64,000 bases of DNA from Antedon mediterranea (GCF_964355755.1 NC_092676.1:28662871-28726870), one strand, 5' to 3'. Positions 21,701 through 33,834 are shown, counted from the stretch's first letter. A program made the numbers and translations. Notes: generated by a model from the sequence alone, not told the origin.

Positions 21701-24700
21701 AGTGCTCACCTTCTAATCCTAGTATCATGGGTTTAAATCCAATGTGGTGTCAATTCCACTTAATCAATAGGCTCATCATTTTGATGTTAGAAGAATTGAT
21801 AAAAGGGATGTCAAAATATGGTATATAGGCCATATTGAAAGTTAATGGTTATAAGACCAAGTTCATGGCCTTGGTTCAAATCCTATTTAATATCATAATT
21901 GGAACTTAATTATTCATAAAGTGGAGGCCTTTGTAGAACCTTCTGACTGTTAATTATTTCTTTTATTTAAATAATTATTTAGGTAATCTTGCCTTATTGC
22001 TTTACTGTGTTCTGGTCGCATTTTTGTATGTTATGCAAAATAATTGATACAATATAACTATAAATTCTGGTTTGTAGGGATGTTTTAAAATACATGTCAA
22101 CTAAACCTAAAAAGGACAGTGTACCAGCTAAATCAACGACAGCTACAACTCAAACAATTTCACCTCCACAAATGTCTGGTGTCAAAGGTCATAAGGTAGT
22201 TTGTATTCTTCCACTTACAACACCACTCTGCAAGTATTAGACATCACACCTTTTTTTTGTCAAACTAGGTAGACAGAGCTTAATACACACTAAATTAAAG
22301 TGTTTCACTTAAGTGATTTTAATGACCACATTACCTAGTTAATTAATGTAATACTATACACACCTGAAGCAATTAGTTGATTACTTAATGATTAGTAATA
22401 ACAGTTATTAAGAAATAATGATAAATTACGTTACTTATCAATTAAAATTTGTTTATAAGCATTTGAATGTTTACACCATGAAGAATAATGTTTGCAGTAT
22501 CTTTGCATAATTTCTTGAACATAATCTATCAACTGTTTGGACAAAGGACGTTGACCGATTAACTTCATGAGACGGATGACCACTTTTATTGAACTCTGAT
22601 GCACAATCTGTAGTAGAACTAATGTTGTGTAAATGTCCTTAAAATTGTTTTTTCAATTTCTTTTAGACTCCAGCTTATGAGGATTTAGAATTAAGTAATA
22701 TGCGGAAGGTTATTGCCAGACGTCTGACAGAATCTAAGGTTACATTTATTATAGTGTTAGCCCCCCCCCCCTCCCCCCCCCCTTCTTCCTTTCCAAATTA
22801 AGAAATAAGATAGCAGGGAAATTGTTAATACATTTAACATACAATGATGCATACAAGGTCAGAGGTCACCATTCCTTTTTTTTTACTCATCTATATTTTT
22901 TCTAAATTAAGCAATGAGATACAAGGGAAATGTTTAGTACATTTAACGTATACAGAATCATATCAAGCTGATGCATACAAGGTCAGAGGTCACTTCTCCT
23001 TCAGATGTTCATTACCTTTACTTTTTCGAAGGATGAACTTGGTTATTTTTAGTGACATTTTGTATGCAGTTTGCCTGTTTGTTTTGATCCAACTTAGTCA
23101 ATATCTAAAATAATGGAAATGTCTGAATTTTGATTCTAAATTTACAACAGTAATTATCCATTTCATCATTATATTAATTATATATATATATTAATTATAA
23201 TATAATTTGTAAAAATTGCTAGTGTTGCCCGAAAGATCGGCTTGGCAACTTTTTCTGGCTGTTTTCCTTTATCATTTTGATTTAGCTTCTTGCTTATTTT
23301 ATTTTGTATCACCATTGAGATCCAGCCACTGATACCCACAGCATTGTCATTATTTTCAGTAATTTGTCTTTGGATTTAATTATAATATAATATATAAATA
23401 ATTCCGATCACCTGGATAGAGTGCTTGATAAACAGAGGTAGAGGTAAATTATTAATTATATATATATATATACATCACAGACACAGAATAAATTCTAAAC
23501 CGCCCGGTGATATACTGAAATTTAATTAATTAATTTGAAATGATAAAGATGAGTAAATCTGTGAGAATGAGAAAAGGTCACCCCAACATATATTATTTAT
23601 TTCAAATATTTCTATATTTCAGAGTACTGTACCACATGCATATGCTACAATAGAATGTACAATAGACGCAATATTAAAACTAAGGAAATCATTTGCAAGG
23701 GACAAATCCAAGCTATCTGTCAATGACTGTGTTATTAAGGCGGCTGCAATGGCTCTTAAAGTAAGTTTAGGTTTGAATCCTACATTGTACCTGTGGCTCA
23801 CACCATATGTCAATGACTTTGTTATTAAAGCGGCTGCAATGGCTCTTAAAGTGAGTTTAGGTTTGAATCCTACATTGTACCTGTGGCTCACACCATATGT
23901 CAATGACTTTGTTATTAAGGTGGCTGCAATGGCTCTTAAAGTGAGTTTAGGTTTGAATCCTACATTGTGCCTGTGGCTCACACCATATGTCAATGACTTT
24001 GTTATTAAGGCGGCTGCAATGGCTCTTAAAGTGAGTTTAGGTTTGAATCCTACATTGTACCTGTGGCTCACACCATATGTCAATGACTTTGTTATTAAGG
24101 CGGCTGCAATGGCTCTTAAAGTGAGTTTAGGTTTGAATCCTACATTGTGCCTGTGGCTCACACCATATGTCAATGACTTTGTTATTAAGGCGGCTGCAAT
24201 GGCTCTTAAAGTGAGTTTAGGTTTGAATCCTACATTGTACCTGTGGCTCACACCATATTAGCCAAGATCTTTAAACTTTTAAATTCTGTTTATTTTTTGA
24301 TAAAAGTATAAACATCTTCAACTTATTGATAGGCTAATTGTTTGTTTGTTTGTTTGTTTGTTTGCTAATTAACTTGTTTGTTCGAAAGTAGAGTATTTAT
24401 TACTTATTTATATATTACTTAAGACTTTTTTAAAACCAAATAGTTTAAATATTGTTAGGCGCTCTGTTCTTAGTAGAGGGCGCCATATAAAAGCCTAAAT
24501 AGAATAGAATATTTAAAACTATTTTTATCGAAATAAAAAACACTTCTGTGATTTCTTTTCCCCACTAAAAGGAGCACCCAAAAGTAAATTCACAATGGAA
24601 AGATGAGGGTGTTGTACAGATGGCCAATGTTGACATATCAGTTGCTGTGGCAACAGAACAAGGACTGATTACACCGATTGTGACAGATGCTTCGAATAAA

Positions 24701-25463
24701 GGATTAAAGCAGATATCAGAAAATGTTAGGGTAAGCATGTCTTAAGAATTATTCAGAGCAACCCAGGCTCTAGCCCAGGCTATGGATCAATACACTGGCC
24801 CAGGCTCTCTGGTGAGGCTATGGCTCAGCAGGACACTGGCATAGGCTCTTGCCCAGGCTCTAACCCAGGACACTTGCCCAGGGCTCTGTCCCTCTTTCAA
24901 CAGAGGTCACTGTTCCAAGCAGTGGGACCCAGCACACTGGCCCAAGCATTTTAAATATAAAGTTCCCTACTTTTTTCCAGGATTTAGCTTCTAGAGCCCG
25001 TGAAGGGAAGTTACAACTTCATGAATTCCAAGGTGGATCATTCAGGTAATGTTGAGCCCCTTCTTCACCCCCTTAATAAAGACATCAAATTTGAATATTG
25101 ACTCCCTTGAGTATAATGTAACTTATGACATATTGTTTGAGAATTACGCCATTCAGCCTCCATCCTCTTGCTCAGTTTCCTTTAGTTACAGATCAATAAT
25201 TATTTTCTGTTTTCTTATTCAGTATATCAAACCTAGGAATGTTTGGCATTGGAGAGTTTAGTGCTGTCATCAACCCACCACAAGCATGTATCCTAGCCGT
25301 CGGAACATCAAAGCTACGATTGTCATCCTTGAACCAAGCACAAACAGTAATGACACTGACCTTATCCAGCGACGCTAGAGTTGTCGACGATGCCTTAGCA
25401 GCTGTCTTCTTGCAATCCCTCAAGTCTAACTTAGAAAATCCAATGAGATTAGGATTGTTATGA
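18775..25463 (+). CDS. PDHX: Pyruvate dehydrogenase complex component X / E3-binding protein (~465 aa); exons 18775-18910, 19273-19356, 19882-19982, 20939-21123, 21449-21547, 22078-22195, 22667-22738, 23623-23760, 24572-24730, 24981-25045, 25223-25463
   Basis: Mitochondrial-type presequence, a single lipoyl domain (MPALSPTM...EVETDKA), E3-binding domain (LSPAVR...[14 protein letters not shown]) and E2-like core. The catalytic DHR is replaced by SDAR, which indicates E3BP rather than DLAT. It is adjacent to APIP as in human. Confidence 0.95.
19395..19771. repeat. 17-bp minisatellite interrupted by a MITE
   Basis: Unit CTCAGATCCAGGGTTCA, ~11 copies, resuming after 19746. Confidence 0.9.
19566..19746. 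mobile_element. MITE family C, near-perfect 181-bp palindrome
   Basis: AGGGTCTTTCACACCTGTTC...GAACAGGTGTGAAAGACCCT with TCA duplication. Near-identical copy at 30558-30738. Confidence 0.9.
20000..20855. repeat. Degenerate (CAT)n microsatellite field split by a SINE
   Basis: CAT/CATTGTTAT runs at ~20000-20115 and ~20437-20855. Confidence 0.95.
20116..20436 (+). mobile_element. Apparently full-length tRNA-derived SINE with Deu/Nin-like core
   Basis: A-box GTGGCCGAGCGGTTAAG, B-box GGTTCGAGGC, core GGATAAGGACTATAAACCGTAGGTCC...GTGCACTTTAAAGAACC...GAGTAGGGGG, and a (TTCAA)n tail. Confidence 0.82.
23718..24258 (+). repeat. 6 x 90-bp tandem array spanning the PDHX exon 8 / intron 8 junction
   Basis: Exact 90-bp period. 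Each unit is ~43 nt of exon end, a GT(A/G)AGT donor and ~47 nt of intron. Units differ by only a few substitutions. Confidence 0.97.
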
Positions 25464-28400
25464 TTTTGGCATCCTTTGTTTTTATGTCGCGCTCCAATTT
25501 TGCAATGCTTATGTAACCAATACCCAGCAAGGCATATTTTTTATTTGCCATAGCCCCTCCTTTGTGTGGAATTTGTTGATACAGTATTCAATCTTCCAGT
25601 ACTACAGTAAGCAGACCATGATGCAATTGCTGCTCATGTGCACTGTGAAACATTGTGATAATTTATTGTTTGAAGGTTTGCATGGCGAAATCAAATGTTG
25701 ATATTCAGTTTGCCGTACACCATGTATATTAGAAATGTTGAGTTTCTCTCTCAACAGTTCTTTTCAGAACTAATATATGTGGTGTACCGCAAACTGTATA
25801 TCATCATTGTGATAACTAACAATCGTTTCGGAGAATAGATTCATCATTTGTTTAAATTTTATTTAAGGTACCATACCAAAATTGTTCTACTTCAGTTACT
25901 TATACACTTTGGAATTTTGTTATATTCAATCTTCCATCTATATATACAGTAAACAGAGCATGCTTATTGCTGGCTCATGCGCACTGTGAAACATTGTGAA
26001 CATTATTAATCATTGCCAACATTTTTCTACTGCAGTAACTACACTTTGTTCTCTCTTTAACATGTTTATGCAATTATTAGTTAGCAAGCTTTTTAGGTAA
26101 TCATACATTCATAAAATGTAACTGCAGGAGAATAATACTCAGTAGAAAATATAATAAAACAAAGAAATATAAATGAACACTGCTGTATTCAATGAAGTAA
26201 ATATGGCATGTATGGGCGGCCATTGGGGTCATAATAGCTTCCCATATTCATATGGAACGTTGTCGAGCATGGTAGACTAGCTTGACACTATTAAACAGCT
26301 GACACTTAGCGATTTCTTTGTTCAGCAGATTTTACTAAGATTATATTTACGATATAAGTGGATTACTTCAACTTTTTGTGTTGCAGTGAAAATAGCTATG
26401 TCTAATTTTATGTAAAATAAAAATAATTATATCAAATTAATTTATTTGTAACAAATGTTTTTACTTTTTTAAACTGTTGTTACAGATCTTTTTTTGTTAG
26501 GTAGGGGGATGGGCATCTTCCTCACGGTTGCCTTATTACCTTAGCCTTGTGACTGACTCGCATGTCACTGATTGTAAGTTGTCATTTTGTAACTTTACGA
26601 TGACGTGACTGGTCAATTGCAATCGATACAATAAATAAAAACAAGCGATTTGCATAAACTAAATGATAATTATGTTATATTGTTTATAAAATATAATTAT
26701 TTCTCGTTGTGATATGGTATAAAGAAAATGTCAATTCGCACGTTTTCTTGACAAATTTGTAAAATTTAAAACCAAATCGTTCGCCGATGTTCGCATCTGC
26801 TGAAGAACTGGGGATTCAGAGATATCATTATGGTTCAGTGATTTTCATTGATCTATACTGTATTAGCAAAATGGTACAATTACAATTTACGTATTTTTGT
26901 TGCTGGTATAGGGTACAATACAGTATTCTAATTTTGTCGTTAAACCGTCCGTAAAATCCTAAATAACGTAGCCTACATAATTACAGGGGTCGAGTAGGCT
27001 TCCTTGTCCTCCAAAAAACATAAATGAAGATAAATAAAAGATTTTGAATAGGTACATTTTGTAGTTTTCTGAAAAAGTTAATCACTTCCGTAGAAAAAAA
27101 AAATCAACGTTTATTTATAACAAGACAAATGCATTTAATCAAACCTACCAGCCAATTTGACTATTATTTTCGGTTAAACAATTTTGTTTGTATGAATACT
27201 GAAATGCTTTATTTATTATAATAAAATAACAATAGATTCTTCTTAAAGATTGTTGGCAGATAGTACGATAAAAAACAGATAAAATGATAAACAAAAATTA
27301 ATGTAATACTACACATGATTATTGTACAAAATTTAAGTTTTAAAATGCGGAATTTGGAAGTTAAAATACGAAAAACGTTTAAAGAGTTTAAAAAAATGAT
27401 AAAAAGTTGTTTAAAAAGTTTTATTTACAAAAGTCTTTACATTACAGTATTCTATCGATGGTGACGTGAATTAATAATATGGATGGCATTTTGTAACACA
27501 AGCATATTTGTTCTGTTCGTATAACTATTATGTGACATTGAAATGACATATTCAACAAAAACATAAAACAAAATATTTTTTAGGGGGACAATATATCTTT
27601 TATTACTAGTATATTAGTGAAAAATATGCGAAACTGATAAAATAAATGCTTATGAATCAGATGGCACACTATCTTGATAAACCAATCAGAATTGCGGAAT
27701 TCACACTGTGGCTCACTTAACGCTTCATTGAGTAAAATCAGCATGATCGAATCGTCCGATCGCTGAAAACGGCATATTATGGACTACAAATTAAGAATAA
27801 ATTATGATAAATTACAAATTGAAACTATCTCTGATGATATCATTTGGAATAATAATTAATTGTAATTAATAAGATTCGCTATATTGCCATACATTTAAAA
27901 ATTATTAATGTTTTATTTCATTTTATGTTAAACAAATTGAAATGTAGATTATTTTTAGCCCCACAAAGACGTACAAATTATTTACGGTTTCGCGACAGTT
28001 CATGAGAAAAAAAACAGTAGGTCAATTGCCGGCTAGCTAGAAACTCTCTTGTCTTTATCTGTATAACAAGACAGTAGTATACTCAAAGAAGTAAGTGTTT
28101 CATCTTTTTTAAACGTTATCAACAAATAAATAACGAATACACTTATTTAAATGCTGATGTAGTCTGCTGAATGTGTATTATGTGTGTGTGATTGATGGTA
28201 GAATGATGGTAGGCCTCCACACAGTAGAGTACCAGTAGTAGTACTAGAATAGAAGTAGCTGAACTGCATCTACTAGCCTGCATGTGCATCATCATTCGTA
28301 ACCGGGTGACAAAATTGGATAGCATAGGAGGCTCAAGATTATTTTTCTTTGTAAGATAGGCCTACTGCAATAAATATTGTTGTAAAGGAATAAAAATATG

Positions 28401-29107
28401 TTTCTAAATAATTTGCTTTTACTTTAGGCTTTATGAATATGATGCAGGAATCGGTCATCCATAAAATGAGATTGATTTTTTAATTTCTCCATTTATTTAT
28501 AAATCTGATTGAATTGAATATCAATAATAAAACGGTGCTGTACACAGATATTATTAATTAATAATAGTATAACATTATTGCATATTTTATGAATTTATGG
28601 GGTTCGTAAACAATGCAACTGAACGTATGTTTTATTGATCTATTTATTGATCTATTATTACCGGTATTAATTGTTTGATCTGGTGCACTAAGTATTTTTA
28701 TAGTACAATATACTGGAAATCGGCAGCCTATAAAACCATTTAGAATAAATTTCACCAATTTTATTTGATGAAGATTTATATATACTGTATATATAAAATG
28801 TATAAATAATCATGTTAGAAAAACAGTATCGCTTTTTGATGATGAACAACTCTAAAATGTATATAGGAAATGTTTTTATTTTTTTTAATTTTTTTATTTA
28901 TTTATTTTTTTTTTTTTGTATCTATTATGTTGTGTTTATTGTTTTATGTTTTTTATGTAAAAGGGTCCTGCGAAAACAGAAGTGTAAACTTCTCTATGCA
29001 GGATCCTTGCCATCATTTATGCTATGAAACTGTATTTATAAACGATGAGTAAATAAATGTGAATATTGATACAGTAATATACACAAACACAACAGGCAAA
29101 GAACATT

Positions 29108-29272
29108 AATTCTAAACCCGGCCCGGTGATATACTGAAATTTAATTAATTAATTTGAAACGATAAAGATGAGGAAATCTGTGAGAATGAGAAAAAGTCGT
29201 CCCAACCGAGACTCGAACTCGGACCGCCTGCTTGATATGCAGATGTCCTAACCATTAGACCACTGGGGCTTT
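29108..29272 (-). mobile_element. tRNA-derived SINE, second family; partial copy ~23485-23590 and degenerate head ~16237-16307
   Basis: Minus strand reads AGCCCCAGTGGTCTAATGGTTAGGACATCTGC...GAGTTCGAGTCTCGGTTGGGAC (A and B boxes), followed by a body shared with 23490-23585. Confidence 0.75.
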
Positions 29273-30132
29273 CATGGTATTGTTCGAACTCGTATAGCCT
29301 ACATTATTTTACCAGTGTTAATTTTCTCTACCGAACTGAAGGTTTTCTTGTGTCTATGATGAGTATGAATACAATGTATAATGGACTGTAATATAGATAA
29401 ATAGGTCTTTTAAATAGGTAATAAGTAGAAATGGTCTATTGTGAAATGCTATTAGTAGTACATGGACATATTAACTTGTATTCGCATTTAAACCACATAT
29501 TCATTCATTCAATCGTTTATTTCGGAATCTCTGGTCCATAGAAAGGAAAATTACATTAATTATTCATCTCAGAATGGCATTCCACCTGGAGAGCATCTTT
29601 GTCTTATAGGCCTATAGTACGTTGCCTATAATCGTTGAGACTAAAACATTTTCACTTGAATTGAATCTACATTACAAACATTATGTAATTCTATTGTCTT
29701 TCTTTAATCTCTCGGTAATACTAAATGCCTCGTGAAGCCATAGGCTACTGGATAGTTCTTTCTTATGTTATGTTAGTTGATGAGTGAAAGTGATTGAATA
29801 TGTCTTGCAGTTAGTTAGTACTGTAGTAATACTGTAATATCACTGTTACCAGTACACTGTCAACGATTGTGATCTGTCAACTCGTCCAGGCCATGCCAAT
29901 GTGTTATCTATTCTTCTTATTAAAAGCACATAATGATATTGTCGTCCTGATAATGTTATCTTTTGTTAAAGGTTACGACAACAATCTGAGTATTATTTGA
30001 AACGGTATGCAAACATAAGAGATATGTTATTATAAATTGCATATCGGATATATTAATGATCGGATATTATGAAATCTTTTATGTGCTGGTCACGTATATG
30101 TCGATCTCATTGTACTTTCGATTATGTCTATA

Positions 30133-30340
30133 AGGCCAACACAGACAGCGTCGTACGGTACGACGAGTCCTCTCGTCGTGAGAAATTATACATGTTTAAT
30201 GTATTGTTCTCCCGACGGCTTAAAAACTACGCCCGAAGCTATCCCGCGACGATTCGTCTCGTCGGGATTCAACTCAGACAGCACCGACGAGTCAAAACTT
30301 TTCGTCGGGTATCGTCGTACAATGCTGTCTGAGTTGGACT
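30133..30340. mobile_element. Harbinger-like MITE
   Basis: Imperfect TIR AGGCCAACACAGACAGCGTCGTACG / CGTACAATGCTGTCTGAGTTGGACT with TAA/TTA flanks. Confidence 0.6.
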
Positions 30341-30557
30341 TTACGTGCTGCGTGTCGAATTGGTTGTTACAAATCATATGATATGATACCCTATCCCGAA
30401 TTACTTTTCCAAAGCCTTAAGTTGTTTTAAATCAGGTTTACCGGAAAAGTACTTTATTCAATAATACAATACCGGTACAACAGTCCTTGAATTAAAACTC
30501 ATACGTAAGCCGAATTCAGTGAGGGGCACATGCGAACAATAGACTAGGTACAATTAA

Positions 30558-30738
30558 AGGGTCTTTCACACCTGTTCCGGCACGGTTCCGGTCCGGCGAA
30601 TCAAACATTAATGTTTCGTTTTCACGCGGCTATGCGCCAATCGATATGCGCGTAGCCGCGTAAAAACGAAACATTGACGTTCGATTGGATTTTCCGGCGC
30701 CGGATTGGAACCGTGCCGGAACAGGTGTGAAAGACCCT
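30558..30738. mobile_element. MITE family C, second copy
   Basis: Near-identical to 19566-19746 and palindromic. Confidence 0.9.
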
Positions 30739-31233
30739 TAGGCTTAAGTGTACTATCGCTGAGCATGCAATTCAAGATTTGATAAATCCATGCCCTGAGA
30801 TTGCATGATGACCCCATTAATGACCCCATTGTCAATTTAAGGAATCGAGGAAGCTTTCTTTTGAATGTTTTGTCTTGTGCACATGCAAGCATTGTCAAAA
30901 TACATGCGAATGTCTCTAGTGCACATGCAACGCATTGTCAAAATACATGCGAACTAGATTCGGTTGATTTTCTATAGTCAAACTCGAAAGAGACACACGC
31001 AAGTAATTTGACCAATCACAAGCAATGATTATCTGAACTGTCTGCTTGTGATTAATCGACTCGCTTGTGATTGATCGACTCGCTTGCGTTGCTCTTACGT
31101 CATTGCGTTGCGCTTACGTCAATTGCGTTGCGCTTACGTCATTGCGTTGCGTCCTAGTGGGAACCATGCTCAAGAATGCCATTTTAATATCATGATATTT
31201 AAAATTCATTTGTTGTCTTTACTTTCTTTAGAA

Positions 31234-32124
31234 ATGGTGAATGTATCTCAGGACAGGATGCATTTGTACGAGTTCGAACGGACGTTTGATCTGCCGTATT
31301 ACGTCAACTTTTTCGGGACATACTGGCCGTTTGGAATACTGATCAGTATCATATATTTAATAACAATATTCTCTATTCAGAAGTGGATGAAAGATAGACC
31401 AGCGTTTAGTCTCCGTCCACCGCTCTTCGCCTGGAACGTAATGCTGGCTCTTTTCAGTATAGGTGGCGCACTAAGATGTTCGCCATTTCTTCTGTATGCC
31501 GTCTGGTACGACAGTTTCCATGACAGCGCGTGCAATTCAGAGTACTACGCCAACAATGGGTTTTGGGGAGCCGCTTTTGCCTTTTCGAAAGTAGTAGAAC
31601 TCGGCGATACATTGTTCGTCGTTCTTCGTAAACAAAAACTTATATTCTTGCATTGGTATCATCATATTTCTGTGATGATATGCACCTTTATCGTTTTCGG
31701 GAACCAGAGCTCGGTTGGGTTTTGGTTCTGTGGTATGAATTACGCAGTTCATGCTATTATGTACCCGTACTACGCGTTACGCGCAGCTGGTGTACGCACT
31801 CCAAGAATTGTACCAATGTGCATCACTACTATACAACTGGTACAGATGTTTCTAGGAATGTTCGTCGTAGGCTATGTGATTGTTATGCGAATGACCGGAC
31901 AGAAATGCGACACGACGGATGGCCGACTTATATACTCGTCTCTAATGTACCTTAGCTACACAGTTCTCTTCGCACAGTTCTTCTACAACGCATACGTAAA
32001 ACGAAAGGATGGCAAGGCTAAGAAGGTCGATGGTCCTCATGAAAAGACACACGTCATATCTAACGGAGTAAACGGCACCCATACAAACGGACTTAAACGC
32101 CGTCCGGTGTCAAACGGAGAGTAG
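31234..32124 (+). CDS. Fatty-acid elongase, ELOVL3/6-like (296 aa), single coding exon
   Basis: WNVMLALFSIGG, FAFSKVVELGDTLFVVLRKQKLIFLHWYHH (His box), MNYAVHAIMYPYYAL, ITTIQLVQM and MYLSYTVLFAQFFY. A splice acceptor (TTTCTTTAG, 31231) lies just before the ATG. The ORF-track extension from 31084 is MITE/intron sequence. Confidence 0.93.
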   Translation: MVNVSQDRMHLYEFERTFDLPYYVNFFGTYWPFGILISIIYLITIFSIQKWMKDRPAFSLRPPLFAWNVMLALFSIGGALRCSPFLLYAVWYDSFHDSACNSEYYANNGFWGAAFAFSKVVELGDTLFVVLRKQKLIFLHWYHHISVMICTFIVFGNQSSVGFWFCGMNYAVHAIMYPYYALRAAGVRTPRIVPMCITTIQLVQMFLGMFVVGYVIVMRMTGQKCDTTDGRLIYSSLMYLSYTVLFAQFFYNAYVKRKDGKAKKVDGPHEKTHVISNGVNGTHTNGLKRRPVSNGE

Positions 32125-32912
32125 TGTACAACAACCATTGTGGTATTCCCCGTCAAGTGACGTCATCACCACGCTTCATTATGCGCGCTTTTTTCCCGTC
32201 TTAGTAGACGTCATCATTACGTGCAAGTTGCCGTTAGTTAATGTCATTACGCTTCTTACATACGCGAGTTTCCGTCAGTTGACGTCATCACCACGTGCAA
32301 GTTCCCGATAGTTGACGTCATTACGCTTACATACGCGAGTTTCAGTCAGTTAACGTCATCGCCACGCCCGCATTATACACGCGCGTTTAAACCTGTAGAC
32401 CTCTACTCTAGTAGTTACATTTGTATTCAGTTGCAAGATAAGAAAGATTAGAATGTTTTACTCCATAAAAATGCTGAAAAACTCCGCTTTTCGCTTCATC
32501 AATTTGTTAATATTATGTCATTATACAATATACTTCATGTGCAAACGTCTATATAAGGTGGTGAGGAAGAAATATAGAGAGAATGCATGTGGAGTGGATA
32601 CCCTGCTGTTATACACAGAAGGAGCGACTTTAGTTTATTTGTGACATGGTGCTATATGTTGCACAAACAGTAAAATATCAGATGCGTGTCCTAAATGTTT
32701 AATTTACTGATATATTATATTGAGTGTATTAATATGACTCGTATGTTATAACATGTACTGATATGTAAAGGTAGTAGGCCCCCTATATTGTAAGTACTGT
32801 ATTTCCATCATAATACAACTTGCATTGCAATGGTAAACTATATTACCATGCATAGTCCTCTTTTTTCGAATAAAACAAATCTTAAAACTCACTCTGACAG
32901 TTCTTCACCTAA

Positions 32913-33834
32913 AGGCCAGTTTACACAGACGAGCGGTAACGGTAAGTCGTAAACAAAAATATAATTATGACCATTTACACAAAACTTGATAGGACGGGTG
33001 GTTGAGGATAGGACACATTCTACGTGGGAAAGCTACGCGCTAAAGCGTGGTTCCCACTAGCGACGCAACGCAAGGACGCAACGCAAGTGAATTGACCAAT
33101 CACAAGCGATGGCTTATTCGCTTGTGATTGCTATCTGTCTATAAATTCGCTTGTCATTGGTTAAAACGCTTGCGTTGCGTTTACGTCCTTGCGTTACGTT
33201 CTAGTGGGAACCAAGCTTTACCGTTAACGCTAGATCGTGTAAATTGGCTTTTACTTTGTAGTATATTAGTGAGATGTCCCCTGCTTTTCTCTAAGCTTGG
33301 TTCCCACGAAACGTAGGGACGTAACGCAACATAAATGATTTGACCAATCAAAAGAAATGGATTATTCGAACAGTCGCTTGTCATTGGTCAACTCGCTTAA
33401 GCTTGGTTCTCACTAGCGACGCAACGTAACGCAATCTACGCAACGTAAGAAAATGCCCTTCCAATCATTGTATTTGTCCTCGCCTGCGTGAAACCAAACC
33501 TGCGATTTTTGCAGCACTGTTGCGTCGTCGGTTCCCACTTGTGATTAAAGCGTGGTTCCCACTAGCGACGCAACACAAGGACGTAACGCAACGCAAGTGA
33601 ATTGACCAATCACAAGCGATGGCTTATTCGCTTGTTATTGCTGTCTCTAACTTCGCTTGTCATTGGTTAAAACGCTTGCGTTGCGTTTACGTCCTTGCGT
33701 TACGTTCTAGTGGGAACCACGCTTACGCAATACAGCACTTTGCGTCAATACGTCGTTGCGTTACGTTGCTAGTGGGAACCACGCTTTGTGTTACTTCTAC
33801 GTCCTTGCGTTGCGTCTTTAGTGGGAACCAAGCT
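32913..33834. mobile_element. Cluster of nested MITEs
   Basis: Family B copy 33044-33217 lies inside another TIR element 32913-33250 (relative at ~63390-63560). Three family-B-terminus elements are nested: 33549-33723 in 33400-33785 in 33294-33834. Confidence 0.85.

Noticed and set aside
23718-24258. CRISPR-like regular array and the antisense 210-aa ORF 23619-24251
   Set aside because: Units are contiguous with no unique spacers, there are no cas genes, and the context is eukaryotic. The minus ORF is just the stop-free antisense of the repeat.
18775-25463. Calling this gene DLAT (PDH E2)
   Set aside because: A single lipoyl domain, loss of the catalytic His (SDAR) and adjacency to APIP favour PDHX.
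29198-29272. Possible tRNA gene (also 20116-20200, 16237-16307, 21565-21750)
   Set aside because: A and B boxes are present but I could not build a convincing cloverleaf. The heads are degenerate or attached to repeated bodies, as expected for SINEs.
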